DNA of 64,000 bases from Bacteroidota bacterium (GTDB taxonomy: Bacteria; Bacteroidota; Ignavibacteria; UBA10030; UBA8401): contig JAJYOK010000011.1 of the NCBI GenBank assembly GCA_021796215.1, forward strand, positions 4,747-68,746, read 5' to 3'. Of this stretch, positions 1 through 9,548 are shown one piece after another (position 1 is the stretch's first letter; every line of letters starts with the position of its first letter). Below the pieces are notes generated by a model, which was not told the DNA's origin, made no database searches, and saw only the letters and a list, made by a program, of their open reading frames with translations. The position numbers were made by a program, and so were the translations under genes.

Positions 1-647
1 GTTCCGTCCCGTATGATTTTTCCTTTTTCGATCAAGGCAATCCTGTCGCACACTTTTGTAATATGCGAAAGGTCGTGGCTCGATACCAGTATCGTCGTTT
101 CTCTTCGCGATGAAAGTTCCTCGAGAATTTTCACAAGCTTCAATTGGGAAGAGGGGTCAAGATTGGCAAACGGTTCATCAAGAATCAGCACTTTGGGGCG
201 AATAGCGAGCGCCGCAGCAATTCCAATCTTTCGTTTATTCCCTATGGAAAAATCGCGGATCAATTTCTTCTGCCCCATCACTTCTCCGTTGAGCAATGTT
301 CCGTACGCCGCCACCCCCCTCTCCATCTCGGTTAGGGAGAGATCGTATGCTTTGCCGACAAACGCAAAGTATTCTTCAGGTGTCAGGAACGGAATGAGAA
401 ATCCCTCGTCAAGGAACGACGCCGTGTACGATTTCCATTCTTCTCGACCTGCGACAGGAATACCGAACGACGTTACCGTTCCGCTGTCTCCCTGAATGAG
501 ATCAAGAATAAGCCGAAAGAGCGTTGTCTTTCCTGCCCCGTTGTTTCCGACAAGCCCGAAGGTAGAATGTTCGCTGATCGAAAGTGAAGCGACGTCAAGC
601 ACCTTCTTGTCGTTGTACGACTTGGAGAGATTGTGAATATAAATCAT
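1..647 (-). CDS. ABC transporter ATP-binding protein (partial; C-terminus runs off window start)
   Basis: Minus-strand translation from ATG at 645-647 gives MIYIHNLSKSYNDKKVLDVASLSISEHSTFGLVGNNGAGKTTLFRLI... with Walker A (GNNGAGKTT), signature (SIGNKRKIGIAAAL) and Walker B (ILILDEPF). Open to position 1. Not in the ORF track because no stop lies inside the window. 4 nt upstream of the panB stop. Confidence 0.8.
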   Translation of the reverse strand, partial: MIYIHNLSKSYNDKKVLDVASLSISEHSTFGLVGNNGAGKTTLFRLILDLIQGDSGTVTSFGIPVAGREEWKSYTASFLDEGFLIPFLTPEEYFAFVGKAYDLSLTEMERGVAAYGTLLNGEVMGQKKLIRDFSIGNKRKIGIAAALAIRPKVLILDEPFANLDPSSQLKLVKILEELSSRRETTILVSSHDLSHITKVCDRIALIEKGKIIRDG

Positions 648-651
648 GAAA

Positions 652-1470
652 TCAGTAACTCTCTTCTTTCGAAGGAAATTTATCCGCCTTCACATCGCCG
701 ATGTAATGTTGAAACGCCTCGCGCATTGTTTGAGCGAGATTAGCATACGTTCGCACAAAGCGGGGATGAAACTGCTCGTTCATGCCGAGCATATCGTTCG
801 TCACCAGCACTTGTCCATCGCAATGCGGTCCTGCACCGATGCCGATTGTTGCGATGGTGACACTTTTAGTTACTTTGCCGGCAAGCGCCGAAGGAATTTT
901 TTCAAGCACAATGGAAAAAACTCCTGCCTTCTCTAAAATTTTTGCATCTTCTAAAAGCTGTTTTGCTTCCGTTGTTTCCTGCGCGCGCACTTCGTACGTT
1001 CCGAACTTGTAAATTGATTGCGGCGTCAATCCCAAATGCCCCATCACCGGAATGCCGATATCGGTCAATTGCTTCACCACCGGCTCGATACGTTTTCCTC
1101 CTTCGATCTTCACTGCCTCTGCGCCGGATTCTTTCAACACACGCCCGCAATTGCGCACGGCTTCCTGCGTGTCAACCTGAAACGACATGAAGGGCATATC
1201 GGCAACGAGCATCGCTCGCTTCACGGCGCGCCGCACAACTTTTGTATGATAAATTATTTCATCAAGCGTTACGGGAAGTGTTGTCTCCAATCCCTGAAAA
1301 ACATTTGCCACAGAATCGCCGACAAGAATAATATCCACACCCGCTTCGTCAACCAATTTTGCAGTCATAAAATCGTACGCAGTGAGCATCGCAATCTTCT
1401 CGCCGCGCTCTTTCATTGTGATGACTGCTTTTGTGGTGATGCGTTTGAATTCACTTGCATGAACGCTCAT
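652..1470 (-). CDS. panB: 3-methyl-2-oxobutanoate hydroxymethyltransferase (ketopantoate hydroxymethyltransferase)
   Basis: 272 aa, full-length PanB-like sequence (TMLTAYDF..., [13 protein letters not shown] motifs). Confidence 0.92.
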   Translation of the reverse strand: MSVHASEFKRITTKAVITMKERGEKIAMLTAYDFMTAKLVDEAGVDIILVGDSVANVFQGLETTLPVTLDEIIYHTKVVRRAVKRAMLVADMPFMSFQVDTQEAVRNCGRVLKESGAEAVKIEGGKRIEPVVKQLTDIGIPVMGHLGLTPQSIYKFGTYEVRAQETTEAKQLLEDAKILEKAGVFSIVLEKIPSALAGKVTKSVTIATIGIGAGPHCDGQVLVTNDMLGMNEQFHPRFVRTYANLAQTMREAFQHYIGDVKADKFPSKEESY

Positions 1471-1577
1471 AAGGCACCAAGATAAATGATGAAGAAAAAC
1501 ATCAATGACCGATTGATGTTATACAAAATGATTTTTTGAAAACAAAATCACAACTTAAATTAGTTTCAGCAAGCAGA

Positions 1578-1610
1578 TTCCCGATAAAAACATTCGGGAA
1601 TGACGTACTT
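1578..1610. repeat. conserved 33-nt intergenic hairpin element, copy 1 (AGATTCCCGAyAAAAACATTCGGGAATrAC)
   Basis: Near-identical (2 mismatches) to 23282-23316. Inverted repeat TTCCCGA-N9-TCGGGAA. Lies about 20 nt downstream of the minus-strand gene at 1631. Confidence 0.55.
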
Positions 1611-1630
1611 CGTTTTTTTAACATGAATAA

Positions 1631-2431
1631 TTAATATTGCTTTAGAACAATTTCCGGTTCAGAGAATTCGACCCCCCACGCAGTTTCAAATCCTTTCTTC
1701 ACGGCATTCGCTGTTTCTTCAAACGTTACGGTTCTGCCGAGCACTTCAGAAAGATCCGTTGTTTTCGATTCCAGATCATGTTGTATGATCGTATGGATTT
1801 CTTCAGAATCAATCTTCAACAGTTCACTCAACTGGCGATGGGCTGGTCCTAAAAGTATAGAACCGTGCTGCAAAATCACTTCTCTTCCGTCCGCAGAATA
1901 TCGCCGCTGAGCGCTGCCGACAAGTTTTCTTCCTTGATATTGAATTTCGTACCGCGCAGAGCTGGTAAAACACGGAAGCGAAGTTTGCTGCCGGTAGAGT
2001 ACAGGAAAATTCGGCTGTGATAATGTATATTCAACATCCGCTCCCAAAAATTTTAAGCCGTTTTCTAACGCCCTGCTGATCTCCCGGTACGATTCCGAAA
2101 TATTTTTGCCGTCAGATTCCATCACGACACAATACGTCAATTCATCAGCATGAAGAATTGCCCGCCCGCCTGTGGGGCGGCGGACGATATCAATACCTGC
2201 ATCACGGCATTTTGTTTCATCAACATCATGACGGCGTTGATTGAAGCCTAAGGAAATTGCGTACGGTTTCCATCCGTACACACGAAGTGCCGGCGTTCCG
2301 TTCGCCTCAAGCAAACTTGTTGCGAGCGCCGTATCAAATTGCATATTGTATTCACCGCTGCGCCATCCGGAATTGATGAACTGCCACCGATGTTTCATGC
2401 CCGATTCGTTCCAAAAAGTTTCCACTATCAA
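1631..2431 (-). CDS. lipoate-protein ligase / octanoyltransferase family protein (BPL/LPL catalytic domain)
   Basis: 266 aa with RRPTGGRAILHADELTY and GRKLVGSAQRR (catalytic Lys) motifs of LplA/LipM-type enzymes. ATGA overlap with the lpxA stop. Confidence 0.75.
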   Translation of the reverse strand: MIVETFWNESGMKHRWQFINSGWRSGEYNMQFDTALATSLLEANGTPALRVYGWKPYAISLGFNQRRHDVDETKCRDAGIDIVRRPTGGRAILHADELTYCVVMESDGKNISESYREISRALENGLKFLGADVEYTLSQPNFPVLYRQQTSLPCFTSSARYEIQYQGRKLVGSAQRRYSADGREVILQHGSILLGPAHRQLSELLKIDSEEIHTIIQHDLESKTTDLSEVLGRTVTFEETANAVKKGFETAWGVEFSEPEIVLKQY

Positions 2432-3243
2432 TCGCCGGGGTGATCCGCCTTCGACGAAAGACGCGTACAGCCGATGATACCGCGCTTGCTGCGTTCGATG
2501 AATGTAAGAAGGTTATTGATTTCCGGAGTGTGATTCAGTTCGGCGCGAATTTTTAGTGCGGCTTGGCTTACATTGAGCTTCGAAAGATAAAGTGTGTGAT
2601 ACGCTTGTGACAATGTATCAATCGTTTCCGCAGAAAATCCTCTTCTGCGAAGTCCGATGCGATTCAATCCTTCAAATGAAACCGGATTGCCGCCTGCGAG
2701 GATATACGGGGGAATATCCTTTGTTACACGAAAATGTCCGCCAACCATAACGTGCTGGCCGATGGAAACGAACTGATGAACTGCCGTGACACCGCCGATT
2801 ACCGCCCAGTCTTCTATCGTAACATGTCCGCCCATCTGGACTGCGTTCGCGATAATAACGTTGCTCCCGATAATGCAATCGTGCGCGACATGAACGTACG
2901 CCATCAACAGGCAATTGCTGCCAACAATTGATTTCATGTGTTCGGTAGTACCGCGGTTCAGCGTACAAAATTCCCGTACTGTCGTGTTGTCGCCGATCTC
3001 GAAAGTTGTTCTTTCATTTTTAAATTTCAGATCCTGCGGCATCGTTGCGACGACCGTGCCTTTGCTGATTGTGCAGTTCTTCCCGATTCGCGCACCGTCA
3101 GCGCAATACACATGCGGACCAATTGCCGTTCCGCTGCCGATGATAACATCATCTTCAATTACAGCATACGGACCAACGGTGACATTATCTCCTAATTCCG
3201 CTTTTTTGCCGATGATCGCTGTGGAATGAATGGTTGTATTCAT
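2428..3243 (-). CDS. lpxA: acyl-ACP--UDP-N-acetylglucosamine O-acyltransferase
   Basis: Hexapeptide-repeat LbH protein. True start taken at MNTTIHSTAIIG (ATG 3241-3243), 26 nt after the lpxC-fabZ stop. The track ORF extends upstream to 3348. Confidence 0.92.
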   Translation of the reverse strand: MNTTIHSTAIIGKKAELGDNVTVGPYAVIEDDVIIGSGTAIGPHVYCADGARIGKNCTISKGTVVATMPQDLKFKNERTTFEIGDNTTVREFCTLNRGTTEHMKSIVGSNCLLMAYVHVAHDCIIGSNVIIANAVQMGGHVTIEDWAVIGGVTAVHQFVSIGQHVMVGGHFRVTKDIPPYILAGGNPVSFEGLNRIGLRRRGFSAETIDTLSQAYHTLYLSKLNVSQAALKIRAELNHTPEINNLLTFIERSKRGIIGCTRLSSKADHPGD

Positions 3244-3268
3244 AGTATTCTGAAGAACAAAACGTGGG

Positions 3269-4687
3269 CTACTGAGCCGGTTTCTTTTCGGGACGGTCAA
3301 CGATTGTTGCAAGAAGTTCAGCTTCTGCGACAATTGCTCCGTCAACATACGCTTTTCCCTGCACTTGACAGACTTTCGACTTGCGGTACATCATTGTTAC
3401 TTCGTAGACAAGCTGGTCACCGGGTCCGACTGTTTTCCTGAACTTTGCATTGTTGATGCCGAGAAAATACACCAACTTTCCGTCATTTTCTTCCGAGCCG
3501 TCAAGCAGCAAAATGCCGCCGGCTTGTGCCATCCCTTCGATGATAAGCACGCCGGGCATCACCGGTGCACCGGGAAAATGTCCTTGAAAGAAATTTTCGT
3601 TGTATGTCACATTCTTCACGCCGACAATCTTTTCATTCGGCTGAAAATCAACGATCTTATCAACAAGAAGAAAAGGAAAGCGATGCGGCAAAATGCGCTG
3701 AAGAGCATTCACATCGAAAACAACGCCGGCTTTTTTCTCATGCTGATATTTCTTGATGATTTTTTTCTGCTGGTACAACTTGCGTACTTTACGTGCAAAC
3801 TCAACATTGTTCGCATGTCCCGGGCGCGCCGCAAGTATCTGTGCTTTCAACGGTGCACCGATCAGAGCGAGGTCGCCGATCAGGTCTAGTAATTTGTGGC
3901 GTGCAGGCTCATTTTTAAAATGCAATTGCCGGTTATTGACCACGCCGGTTTTTCCAAGAATCACCGAATCTTTTACGCCGAGCTTGTTTGTAAGATTTTT
4001 GAGTTCTTGCTCCGACAGTTCACGATCAACAATCACGATGGCATTATCAAGGTTGCCGCCCTTGATCAATCCGGCATCGCGCAGCTGTTCAACTTCATGC
4101 AAAAAACAAAATGTTCTGCACATCGCAAACTCAGAAACGAATTCTTTTTCGAGATCAAACAAGCCGGTATGCTGGCTTCCGAGCGCCGGATTATTATAAT
4201 CCACCATCACCGTCACGCGAAAGTCGTCTGTCGGCAGTGCAACAATTTCCACCCCTTTTTCTTCATTCTTGTATCCGATGGTTTGATCAATGACAAGATA
4301 ATCTTTTGGCGCATCCTGAATTTCGAAACCAACTTTCAACAACGCATCAACATACGGCTTCGCGCTCCCGTCGCCGATGGGCGGTTCAATGCCGTCAAGG
4401 TCAATAAGAATGTTGTCAATCTGAAGTCCTGCAACTGCCGCCAGCACATGCTCGACCGTGTGCACTTTCGCTTCACCAATGCCAATTGTTGTTCCGCGCG
4501 AAACATCAACCACGTGATCAACGATTGCAGGAATTTCCGGATCGCCTCCCAAATCAATGCGGCGGAAACGAATACCAAAATCAATCGGCGCAGGACGAAA
4601 CGTCATCGTGCATTGCGTACCGGTGTGAAGTCCGACACCGGAAAGTATAACAGGTTCTTTAATTGTTCTCTGCTGAACTAACATCAT
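3269..4687 (-). CDS. lpxC-fabZ: bifunctional UDP-3-O-acyl-GlcNAc deacetylase / 3-hydroxyacyl-ACP dehydratase (LpxC-FabZ fusion)
   Basis: 472 aa. N-terminal LpxC fold (ILSGVGLHTG, HTVEHVLAA) and C-terminal FabZ hot-dog (LPHRFPFLLVDKI, GHFPGAPVMPGVL). The fusion is typical of the FCB group. Confidence 0.95.
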   Translation of the reverse strand: MMLVQQRTIKEPVILSGVGLHTGTQCTMTFRPAPIDFGIRFRRIDLGGDPEIPAIVDHVVDVSRGTTIGIGEAKVHTVEHVLAAVAGLQIDNILIDLDGIEPPIGDGSAKPYVDALLKVGFEIQDAPKDYLVIDQTIGYKNEEKGVEIVALPTDDFRVTVMVDYNNPALGSQHTGLFDLEKEFVSEFAMCRTFCFLHEVEQLRDAGLIKGGNLDNAIVIVDRELSEQELKNLTNKLGVKDSVILGKTGVVNNRQLHFKNEPARHKLLDLIGDLALIGAPLKAQILAARPGHANNVEFARKVRKLYQQKKIIKKYQHEKKAGVVFDVNALQRILPHRFPFLLVDKIVDFQPNEKIVGVKNVTYNENFFQGHFPGAPVMPGVLIIEGMAQAGGILLLDGSEENDGKLVYFLGINNAKFRKTVGPGDQLVYEVTMMYRKSKVCQVQGKAYVDGAIVAEAELLATIVDRPEKKPAQ

Positions 4688-5772
4688 TCCTCCGAAAATT
4701 TCTTTTTTGTCGAAACAGGCTTCGCGGCAAGCCCGGCAATTTGTTCTTCAAGCTGCTTAATGCGTTCTTCAAGATTGCGTATCGTCCACAACAATTCCGG
4801 CAATTGCCGCAGTGCTCCCTCAATTCTTCTTCCGCGGCCGGCTTCTTTTGCCGGATAACCAAAATATGTTTTACCTTCCTCAAGCGAGCGTGTCACTCCG
4901 GAATGCCCTGCAATACTCACCTTATCGGCGACCGTAATGTGCCCTGTAATAGCAGCATTACCTCCAATCATTACATGATTGCCAATCTTTGTGCTTCCGG
5001 CAATTCCTGCTGTTCCCGCGATGACGGTGTCTTCTCCAACAACGACATTATGAGCGATTTGAACAAGATTATCAATCTTCGTTCCGCGCTTGATGTGTGT
5101 TTCCCCCATCGTTGCGCGGTCAACGCACGTGTTCGCCTGAATTTCCACATCGTCTTCAAGCACAACAATGCCGAGCTGCGGAATTTTCATATACGAGCCG
5201 TCTTTCTTCGGTGCAAATCCAAATCCATCCGCACCGATAACGGCGCCCGATTGAATGATGACGCGATTTCCAAGAACGCACGACTCACGAATCGTTACAT
5301 TCCCGTAGATCAAACAGTCGTTACCAATGCGAACAGAATTGCCAATAATCGTTCCGGGGAAAATTTTTGTGTTGTCGCCAACACTGCACTGCTCGCCGAA
5401 TACAACATACGGCCCAATGGCGCAGTTTTTTCCAATTTTCGTGCTCGCAGGAATAAGTGCTGTCGGATGTATGCCCGGCGGCACTAATGCTGGTGATGGA
5501 TTCAATTCTTGTAAAACAACCACGAATGACGCATACGCATCACCGACTTTAATGAGTGCGGGATGTTTGCTATGCATGGAAAGTTCGGCAGAGCGATTCA
5601 CGATGACGGCAGATGCGGCGGTCGTCTCAAGAAACTTTTCGTATTGGGGATTTGCGACAAAGCTTATGTCTCCGCTTTTTGCGTCTTCTATCTTTGCGAC
5701 ACCGGTGATGCTGATGTTTTCATCGCCGAGCACCTCGCCGTCAATCAATGCTGCAATCTCGCGGATAGTCAT
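4684..5772 (-). CDS. lpxD: UDP-3-O-(3-hydroxyacyl)glucosamine N-acyltransferase
   Basis: LbH hexapeptide repeats. Start taken at MTIREIAALI (ATG 5770-5772). ATGA overlap with the lpxC-fabZ start. About 45-aa C-terminal coiled-coil tail (KQLEEQIAGLAAK...). Confidence 0.9.
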   Translation of the reverse strand: MTIREIAALIDGEVLGDENISITGVAKIEDAKSGDISFVANPQYEKFLETTAASAVIVNRSAELSMHSKHPALIKVGDAYASFVVVLQELNPSPALVPPGIHPTALIPASTKIGKNCAIGPYVVFGEQCSVGDNTKIFPGTIIGNSVRIGNDCLIYGNVTIRESCVLGNRVIIQSGAVIGADGFGFAPKKDGSYMKIPQLGIVVLEDDVEIQANTCVDRATMGETHIKRGTKIDNLVQIAHNVVVGEDTVIAGTAGIAGSTKIGNHVMIGGNAAITGHITVADKVSIAGHSGVTRSLEEGKTYFGYPAKEAGRGRRIEGALRQLPELLWTIRNLEERIKQLEEQIAGLAAKPVSTKKKFSEE

Positions 5773-5867
5773 GGCTATTTTTTCTGGATGATTATTGGTA
5801 AACTGCACAGTACGCGCCGCGCGGAAAAAAATCATCAATCCGGCGTACCCGCCATAGATCGGCGCAG

Positions 5868-6389
5868 CTACTTTTGCTGTAGCTTGGCTAGCACTTTCGC
5901 CGTCAGATCATTCTTATCGTTTGCATACATCAACAGCGTTGAGCTGCTTTTGTCAAACACATAATCGTACCCGCCTTCGTTTGCAACATCTTGCACGGCT
6001 TTGAAAATTCTATCCTGTACCGGCTTCATCAGCTCATTTTGCTTTTGGAAGAGATCGCCGTTTGTACCGAATCTCTTCGTACGGTAATCCACCATTTGCT
6101 GATCAAGTTGTTGCAATTCTTTTTCCATGTCGGCACGGCGCTTGTCTGACATGATCAGTTTGCGCTTATCGTAATCCTCAAATTTTTGCTGGAGCGTATC
6201 CTGCATTTTTTTGAGATCGTTCTGCCACTCCGCTGTGAGAGCATCGAGCTGTTTTTGTGCGTCCTGCGCTTCCGGCAATTGCTGCACAATGGCTTCAGAA
6301 TTGATAAAGCCAATTTTCGATTGAGCATTGAGTGCAGACATACTCACAACTCCCAATGCAGCGATGAGACACATCGTGTGAAGTTTCAT
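5868..6389 (-). CDS. skp: OmpH/Skp family periplasmic chaperone
   Basis: 173 aa, signal peptide, Q/K/E/D-rich coiled-coil composition typical of Skp. Position between bamA and lpxD. Confidence 0.8.
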   Translation of the reverse strand: MKLHTMCLIAALGVVSMSALNAQSKIGFINSEAIVQQLPEAQDAQKQLDALTAEWQNDLKKMQDTLQQKFEDYDKRKLIMSDKRRADMEKELQQLDQQMVDYRTKRFGTNGDLFQKQNELMKPVQDRIFKAVQDVANEGGYDYVFDKSSSTLLMYANDKNDLTAKVLAKLQQK

Positions 6390-6486
6390 AGCGTTACTCT
6401 TTCTCTATGTACCAATCATGAGACGCGAATTTTATGAACGGGGCGAACGGAAAACTGCTGCCGCTTCTGTTGAAGCCGTGCCTGGG

Positions 6487-7041
6487 TTATTTCCCGCCTC
6501 GCTTCATTTTATCAAGAACTTTATAGGTAATATCGTACGACGCATCGGCGTACAACACAACGGCATCGCCAGCTTTATCGAAGACAAAAGAAAGTTTCTC
6601 GTCTTTTGCTACTTTCTCAATCGCTTTCAATATTTTGTCGCGAATCGGCGTCATCAGTTTATCGCGCTGAAGCGCAAACTCACCCTTCTGCCCGAATTTA
6701 TCTTCGTTGTACTGTTGAACCTTTTGCTGTTCAGCAACAAGTTTTTGCTGTTCAGTCTGCCGCGTTTGATCGTTGTACATTGCCTGCTTTTTCTGATAAT
6801 CTTCGTATTCTGCCTGAAGATTTTTCGACATTTTATCCAGTTCGTCCTGCCAATTCTTGGCGATCGCCGCCAGCTTGTCCTGTGCATCCTTTGCCTCAGG
6901 AAGGTTTTTAAGAATTGTATCAGAATTAACGTAGCCGATTTTAAGCTTGTCTTGCGCCGTGCTTACGCATGTAACAAAAGCTATGGCAAGCAAAATAACT
7001 GCTGCATTTCTAAAAGGTGATTGCATTGGTTGTACCCTCAT
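6487..7041 (-). CDS. skp: OmpH/Skp family periplasmic chaperone (second paralog)
   Basis: 184 aa, signal peptide (AAVILLAIAFVTCVSTAQ), coiled-coil rich. Tandem with the first skp, as in the Bacteroidota bamA-skp-skp arrangement. Confidence 0.8.
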   Translation of the reverse strand: MRVQPMQSPFRNAAVILLAIAFVTCVSTAQDKLKIGYVNSDTILKNLPEAKDAQDKLAAIAKNWQDELDKMSKNLQAEYEDYQKKQAMYNDQTRQTEQQKLVAEQQKVQQYNEDKFGQKGEFALQRDKLMTPIRDKILKAIEKVAKDEKLSFVFDKAGDAVVLYADASYDITYKVLDKMKRGGK

Positions 7042-7118
7042 AATTTATGATTAAGGAAAAAATTGCTTACGAAAAATTTTTCTGTCGGATTACAACGCAA
7101 ACTGCGTTGTCTTCAATG

Positions 7119-9548
7119 TTAGAATCCGCGCCCGAATTGAAAATGAAAGTGCCATCCGGACGGAGTGCCAACACCCTCCGGGTTATCGAAGCCGTAACCG
7201 TAATCGAAGCCAATAAGACCGATCGGGTTGATCATTAAGCGAGCGCCGATTCCAGCCGAACGCCTGAGATCGAATAAATCTGTTGTGCTGACACTACTCC
7301 ACACATTTCCGGCTTCAGCAAATGCAAGAAGATAAATCGGAATTGGATTGAGCGAAACATTAAAGCGAAGTTCAGCCGTTTCCTTTTCCATTACTGTTCC
7401 GGGAAGCACATTCCCGTACACATCTCTCGGACCAATGCTGCGATCATCATATCCCCGCAATTGCGTCGTCGGCAAAATTGAGCCGATGCCAGTTCCTCCC
7501 ATGTAAAAAAACTCTAGCGCCGGAATTTCATTGAGATTTTTCTTGAACTGAAAGATTTCGCCGTACTGCGAACCAAGATAGAGCGCGAATTTGTCACCGT
7601 TGAACAACGGAATATACCAATCAACCGAAAAATTATGTTTCGTGTAGATCGCGTTGCCTGGAAGGAATGGCGGACCGGAAAGCTCTGTCGAAAGAGCAAT
7701 GCTGCTTCCGTCAGACGGGAAGAGCGTATTGTTGACACTGTTCCGTGAGAGCACTTGCGTAAAGCTGTACTGATTCGTTAAACCGACCGCACCATAAATA
7801 GTGTTTGCCGTTTGATTGTCAATCTGCTGAACTCTGATGCTCCAATCACCGCGCGTGTAATCATCGGGCCACTTGAACTGACGGCCAATGCTCACTGTTC
7901 CGCCGGTCTCGCTCAATGAATAAATATAATTTTGCCGTGTATCAAAAAGACTGAACCCTAACGATGTCGGCGTGTCGAACAGCCACGGCTCGCGAAATGA
8001 TATCGAGAAAGTACGGTAGGTACTACCTTCGCCAAACTCCCAGTCGAAATTCAAAATTTGCCCGCCGCCGCCTGACAACGGTCTGTAAAGCGCAAAATTA
8101 TTGAATGTCAATCCGAGCGCACCGGTAAATCCGTACACACCGCTGTACCCGACAGACATATTGAACGTGTCGCTCGATTTTTCTTCGACGTCGTAAATCA
8201 CATCAACCGTTTTATCATCAACAAAACGCGTATCCGGTTTAATCTTTTCCGGGTTGAAATAATTGAGCACTGAAAGCTGTCGAACACTGCGAATGATATT
8301 CGACCGGCTGAAAAAATCTCCCGGGCGCGTGCGCAGTTCACGGCGGATCACTTTCTCTTCTGTCTTCGTATTCCCGCGGATAATTACCTGACCGATGCGG
8401 AATTGATTGCGTTCGCGAACGTGAACCAGAATATCTACGCTGTCCTGCCCGACTTTTGTCTCTTCCGGTTCAAGCGTCGCAGTCAAATATCCGTTATCAA
8501 GATAGAGTGATGCAACGTCTGTTTGGTCTTCGTTACCATGAAGATTTTTGTCAAACTTGTCATAATCATATACATCGCCACGCTGAAAACCAAGCCGCTG
8601 ATTCAGCGCTTCTGTTTTGAAAACGGTATTGCCTTCCCACGTAATGTTGCGGACATAATACTGCGGACCTTCATAGAGGAAAATGCGAATCGTCATATCC
8701 CGTTTATCAGCGGAATAAGAAATAGAATCAGTGAGCATTGCAACATCGCGGTAGCCCTTTTTCTTGTAGAAATCGAGAATTTTCTTCTTGTCGTCGGCGT
8801 ATTTTTTCTTGTCAAATTTTGAACTTTGCCAGAATTTCCACCACACGTGCTCGTGCGTATCGTCCATCTCGCTTCTCAAATCGCTGTCGGAAAATGCTTT
8901 GTTCCCGAAAAATTGGATCGAACCGATTCTGACTTCCGGTCCCTCGTTAATGTTAAATCTCAGAATAACTCTGCCCCGCGCCGATGTGTCCGGGCTTTCA
9001 ACGAGTTCCGGCTTTATGTCTGCTTCCAGATATCCTTCATCATCGTACGCTTTTTTTAGGACGCCGACAAGCCGGCTTATTTCCTGCGGCGAAACAATTT
9101 GCCCTTTCAGCAGATTCACCTTCTTCGTCAAATCCGATTCACTCAACTCATCGTTGCCGGCAAATTCAACTTTTTCAAGACGCGGATTTTCCTTTACGGT
9201 AATCAGCAAATATATTCCATCGCCAACGGTTTTCTCAATCGCAATCTGAATGTCGGAAAAAATCCTGAGATCCCATAACCGGTTGATCGCTGTACGCGTT
9301 TGCTCGCCCGGCACCGTAATTTCTTCACCGATTGTCAGTCCTGTATTAGCGATGATTGCCGCTGTTTCCGCCGATTTATTACCTTCGACAGAAATTCCTA
9401 AAATTTTATACTGCTGAGGCTGTTGAACATCCTGTGCTCGACCATAGGAAAGAAACAACGCTGTGAAAAAAAGAACGGCAAAAATCTGAAGGGGCACGCT
9501 GCCCGCATGCTTAGAGACCTGAAGCACTTTTTGAAAACCTTTCCACAT
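7119..9548 (-). CDS. bamA: outer membrane protein assembly factor BamA
   Basis: About 810 aa with a signal peptide, repeated POTRA-like segments and a C-terminal beta-barrel ending in GRGF. Start taken at MWKGF (9548); alternative MRRHRM start at 9563. Confidence 0.9.
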   Translation of the reverse strand: MWKGFQKVLQVSKHAGSVPLQIFAVLFFTALFLSYGRAQDVQQPQQYKILGISVEGNKSAETAAIIANTGLTIGEEITVPGEQTRTAINRLWDLRIFSDIQIAIEKTVGDGIYLLITVKENPRLEKVEFAGNDELSESDLTKKVNLLKGQIVSPQEISRLVGVLKKAYDDEGYLEADIKPELVESPDTSARGRVILRFNINEGPEVRIGSIQFFGNKAFSDSDLRSEMDDTHEHVWWKFWQSSKFDKKKYADDKKKILDFYKKKGYRDVAMLTDSISYSADKRDMTIRIFLYEGPQYYVRNITWEGNTVFKTEALNQRLGFQRGDVYDYDKFDKNLHGNEDQTDVASLYLDNGYLTATLEPEETKVGQDSVDILVHVRERNQFRIGQVIIRGNTKTEEKVIRRELRTRPGDFFSRSNIIRSVRQLSVLNYFNPEKIKPDTRFVDDKTVDVIYDVEEKSSDTFNMSVGYSGVYGFTGALGLTFNNFALYRPLSGGGGQILNFDWEFGEGSTYRTFSISFREPWLFDTPTSLGFSLFDTRQNYIYSLSETGGTVSIGRQFKWPDDYTRGDWSIRVQQIDNQTANTIYGAVGLTNQYSFTQVLSRNSVNNTLFPSDGSSIALSTELSGPPFLPGNAIYTKHNFSVDWYIPLFNGDKFALYLGSQYGEIFQFKKNLNEIPALEFFYMGGTGIGSILPTTQLRGYDDRSIGPRDVYGNVLPGTVMEKETAELRFNVSLNPIPIYLLAFAEAGNVWSSVSTTDLFDLRRSAGIGARLMINPIGLIGFDYGYGFDNPEGVGTPSGWHFHFQFGRGF

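Noticed and set aside
13-495. Plus-strand ORFs 13-495 and 144-335
   Set aside because: Shadow ORFs antisense to the well-supported minus-strand ABC ATPase gene. Low-complexity translation with no motifs.
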